Virus record (IMG/VR): IMGVR_UViG_2541047865_000002
DNA: 27,464 nt
Strand: one strand, 5' to 3'
Origin: a virus
Taxonomy: Duplodnaviria > Heunggongvirae > Uroviricota > Caudoviricetes
Shown here: piece by piece, positions 25,942 to 27,464 of the stretch
Layout of the letters: every line of letters begins with the position of its first letter
Numbering within the stretch: position 1 is the stretch's first letter
The notes under the pieces: generated by a model
Told to the model about the DNA's origin: nothing
Database searches by the model: none
What the model saw: only the letters and a program-made list of their open reading frames with translations
Translations under genes and position numbers: made by a program

Positions 25942-26685
25942 ATGACACAGACAGAATCAGCGATTCTGGCGCACGCCCGGCGATGTGCGCCAGCGGAGTC
26001 GTGCGGCTTCGTGGTAAGCACGCCGGAGGGGGAAAGATATTTTCCCTGCGTGAATATCTCCGGTGAGCCGGAGGCGTATTTCCGTATGTCGCCGGAAGAC
26101 TGGCTGCAGGCAGAAATGCAGGGTGAGATTGTGGCGCTGGTCCACAGCCACCCCGGTGGTCTGCCCTGGCTGAGTGAGGCCGACCGGCGGCTGCAGGTGC
26201 AGAGTGATTTGCCGTGGTGGCTGGTCTGCCGGGGGACGATTCATAAGTTCCGCTGTGTGCCGCATCTCACCGGGCGGCGCTTTGAGCACGGTGTGACGGA
26301 CTGTTACACACTGTTCCGGGATGCTTATCATCTGGCGGGGATTGAGATGCCGGACTTTTATCGTGAGGATGACTGGTGGCGTAACGGCCAGAATCTCTAT
26401 CTGGATAATCTGGAGGCGACGGGGCTGTATCAGGTGCCGTTGTCAGCGGCACAGCCGGGCGATGTGCTGCTGTGCTGTTTTGGTTCATCAGTGCCGAATC
26501 ACGCCGCAATTTACTGCGGCGACGGCGAGCTGCTGCACCATATTCCTGAACAACTGAGCAAACGAGAGAGGTACACCGACAAATGGCAGCGACGCACACA
26601 CTCCCTCTGGCGTCACCGGGCATGGCGCGCATCTGCCTTTACGGGGATTTACAACGATTTGGTCGCCGCATCGACCTTCGTGTGA
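25942..26685 (+). CDS. K: Tail tip assembly protein K (MPN/JAMM plus NlpC/P60-like), 247 aa from the first ATG; the 199-aa form would start at 26086
   Basis: Matches lambda K; the upstream in-frame extension contains the HSHPGG-type JAMM motif region; 3' end overlaps I by about 100 nt. Confidence 0.9.
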   Translation: MTQTESAILAHARRCAPAESCGFVVSTPEGERYFPCVNISGEPEAYFRMSPEDWLQAEMQGEIVALVHSHPGGLPWLSEADRRLQVQSDLPWWLVCRGTIHKFRCVPHLTGRRFEHGVTDCYTLFRDAYHLAGIEMPDFYREDDWWRNGQNLYLDNLEATGLYQVPLSAAQPGDVLLCCFGSSVPNHAAIYCGDGELLHHIPEQLSKRERYTDKWQRRTHSLWRHRAWRASAFTGIYNDLVAASTFV

Positions 26686-27254
26686 AAACGGGGGCTGAAG
26701 CCATCCGGGCACTGGCCACACAGCTCCCGGCGTTTCGTCAGAAACTGAGCGACGGCTGGTATCAGGTACGGATTGCCGGGCGGGACGTCAGCACGTCCGG
26801 GTTAACGGCGCAGTTACATGAGACTCTGCCTGATGGCGCTGTGATTCATATTGTTCCCAGAGTCGCCGGGGCCAAGTCAGGTGGCGTATTCCAGATTGTC
26901 CTGGGGGCTGCCGCCATTGCCGGATCATTCTTTACCGCCGGAGCCACCCTTGCAGCATGGGGGGCAGCCATTGGGGCCGGTGGTATGACCGGCATCCTGT
27001 TTTCTCTCGGTGCCAGTATGGTGCTCGGTGGTGTGGCGCAGATGCTGGCACCGAAAGCCAGAACTCCCCGTACACAGACAACGGATAACGGTAAGCAGAA
27101 CACCTATTTCTCCTCACTGGATAACATGGTTGCCCAGGGCAATGTTCTGCCTGTTCTGTACGGGGAAATGCGCGTGGGGTCTCGCGTGGTTTCTCAGGAG
27201 ATCAGCACGGCAGACGAAGGGGACGGTGGTCAGGTTGTGGTGATTGGTCGCTGA
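26583..27254 (+). CDS. I: Tail tip assembly protein I, 223 aa
   Basis: Matches lambda I (MAATHTLPLASPGMARICLYGDLQRFGRRIDLRVKTGAEAIRALATQLPAFRQKLSDGWYQVR...). Confidence 0.95.
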   Translation: MAATHTLPLASPGMARICLYGDLQRFGRRIDLRVKTGAEAIRALATQLPAFRQKLSDGWYQVRIAGRDVSTSGLTAQLHETLPDGAVIHIVPRVAGAKSGGVFQIVLGAAAIAGSFFTAGATLAAWGAAIGAGGMTGILFSLGASMVLGGVAQMLAPKARTPRTQTTDNGKQNTYFSSLDNMVAQGNVLPVLYGEMRVGSRVVSQEISTADEGDGGQVVVIGR

Positions 27255-27272
27255 TGCAAAATGTTTTATGTG

Positions 27273-27295
27273 AAACCGCCTGCGGGCGGTTTTGT
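27273..27295 (+). terminator. Terminator-like hairpin between I and J
   Basis: AAACCGCC-TGCG-GGCGGTTT followed by TGTCATTT; 8-bp GC-rich stem just upstream of the J ribosome-binding site. Confidence 0.3.
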
Positions 27296-27314
27296 CATTT
27301 ATGGAGCGTGAGGA

Positions 27315-27464
27315 ATGGGTAAAGGAAGCAGTAAGGGGCATACCCCGCGCGAAGCGAAGGACAACCTGAAGTCCACGCAGTTGCTGAGTGTGATCGATGC
27401 CATCAGCGAAGGGCCGGTTGAAGGTCCGGTGGATGGATTAAAAAGCGTGCTGCTGAACAGTACG
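27315..27464 (+). CDS. J: Tail fibre / host-specificity protein J, 5' end only (first 50 codons; gene continues past the window)
   Basis: MGKGSSKGHTPREAKDNLKSTQLLSVIDAISEGPVEGPVDGLKSVLLNST matches the lambda J N-terminus; SD GAGG upstream. Confidence 0.9.
   Translation, partial: MGKGSSKGHTPREAKDNLKSTQLLSVIDAISEGPVEGPVDGLKSVLLNST

Noticed and set aside
1-27464. Searched by eye for tRNA, rRNA and CRISPR arrays, especially in the Q-S interval where lambdoid phages often carry tRNAs
   Set aside because: No cloverleaf-like or regularly spaced repeat-spacer pattern seen; cannot exclude a tRNA without a covariance-model search (tRNAscan/Infernal)

Overview
This window is a defective, mosaic lambdoid prophage integrated at the canonical E. 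coli lambda attachment site, next to ybhC. All identifications are from reading the sequence and recalling protein families; no database search or GC computation was run.

Layout, left to right: ybhC (host) | attL core GCTTTTTTATACTAA with P' arm | int, xis | small accessory ORFs including a convergent membrane-protein gene and a TraR/DksA-like zinc finger | exo, bet, gam | non-lambda immunity region (LexA-like cI repressor, YdaS-like Cro, YdaT-like CII analogue, AACAAC/GTTGTT operators) | O with ori iterons, P, ren | about 4.2 kb of AT-rich cargo | DLP12-like nin/Q block (ybcN, ninE, ybcO, rusA, ylcG, quuD) | second cargo block (lipocalin lipoprotein, DUF523-DUF1722 protein, AraC regulator) | phage-21-type pinholin and SAR endolysin | IS3 | lambda tail genes T remnant, H, M, L, K, I and the start of J.

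The most interesting locus is the AT-rich cargo between ren and ybcN (11178..15383). It carries two leftward genes antisense to the phage early-right operon: an HD-domain dNTP-triphosphohydrolase-like protein (SAMHD1/dGTPase-type motifs) and a transmembrane, coiled-coil, DUF4041 plus T5orf172 (GIY-YIG-like) protein. The second gene's nuclease-like domain is split by a frame change exactly at a canonical -1 slippery heptamer, A_AAA_AAC. I read this pair as a candidate anti-phage defence island.

IS3 (20988..22245) truncates the endolysin and abuts the 3' end of tail gene T with no target-site duplication. This implies an IS-associated deletion of Rz/Rz1, cos, terminase, all head genes and most tail genes, so the prophage cannot make particles. 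No rRNA, tRNA or CRISPR array was seen.
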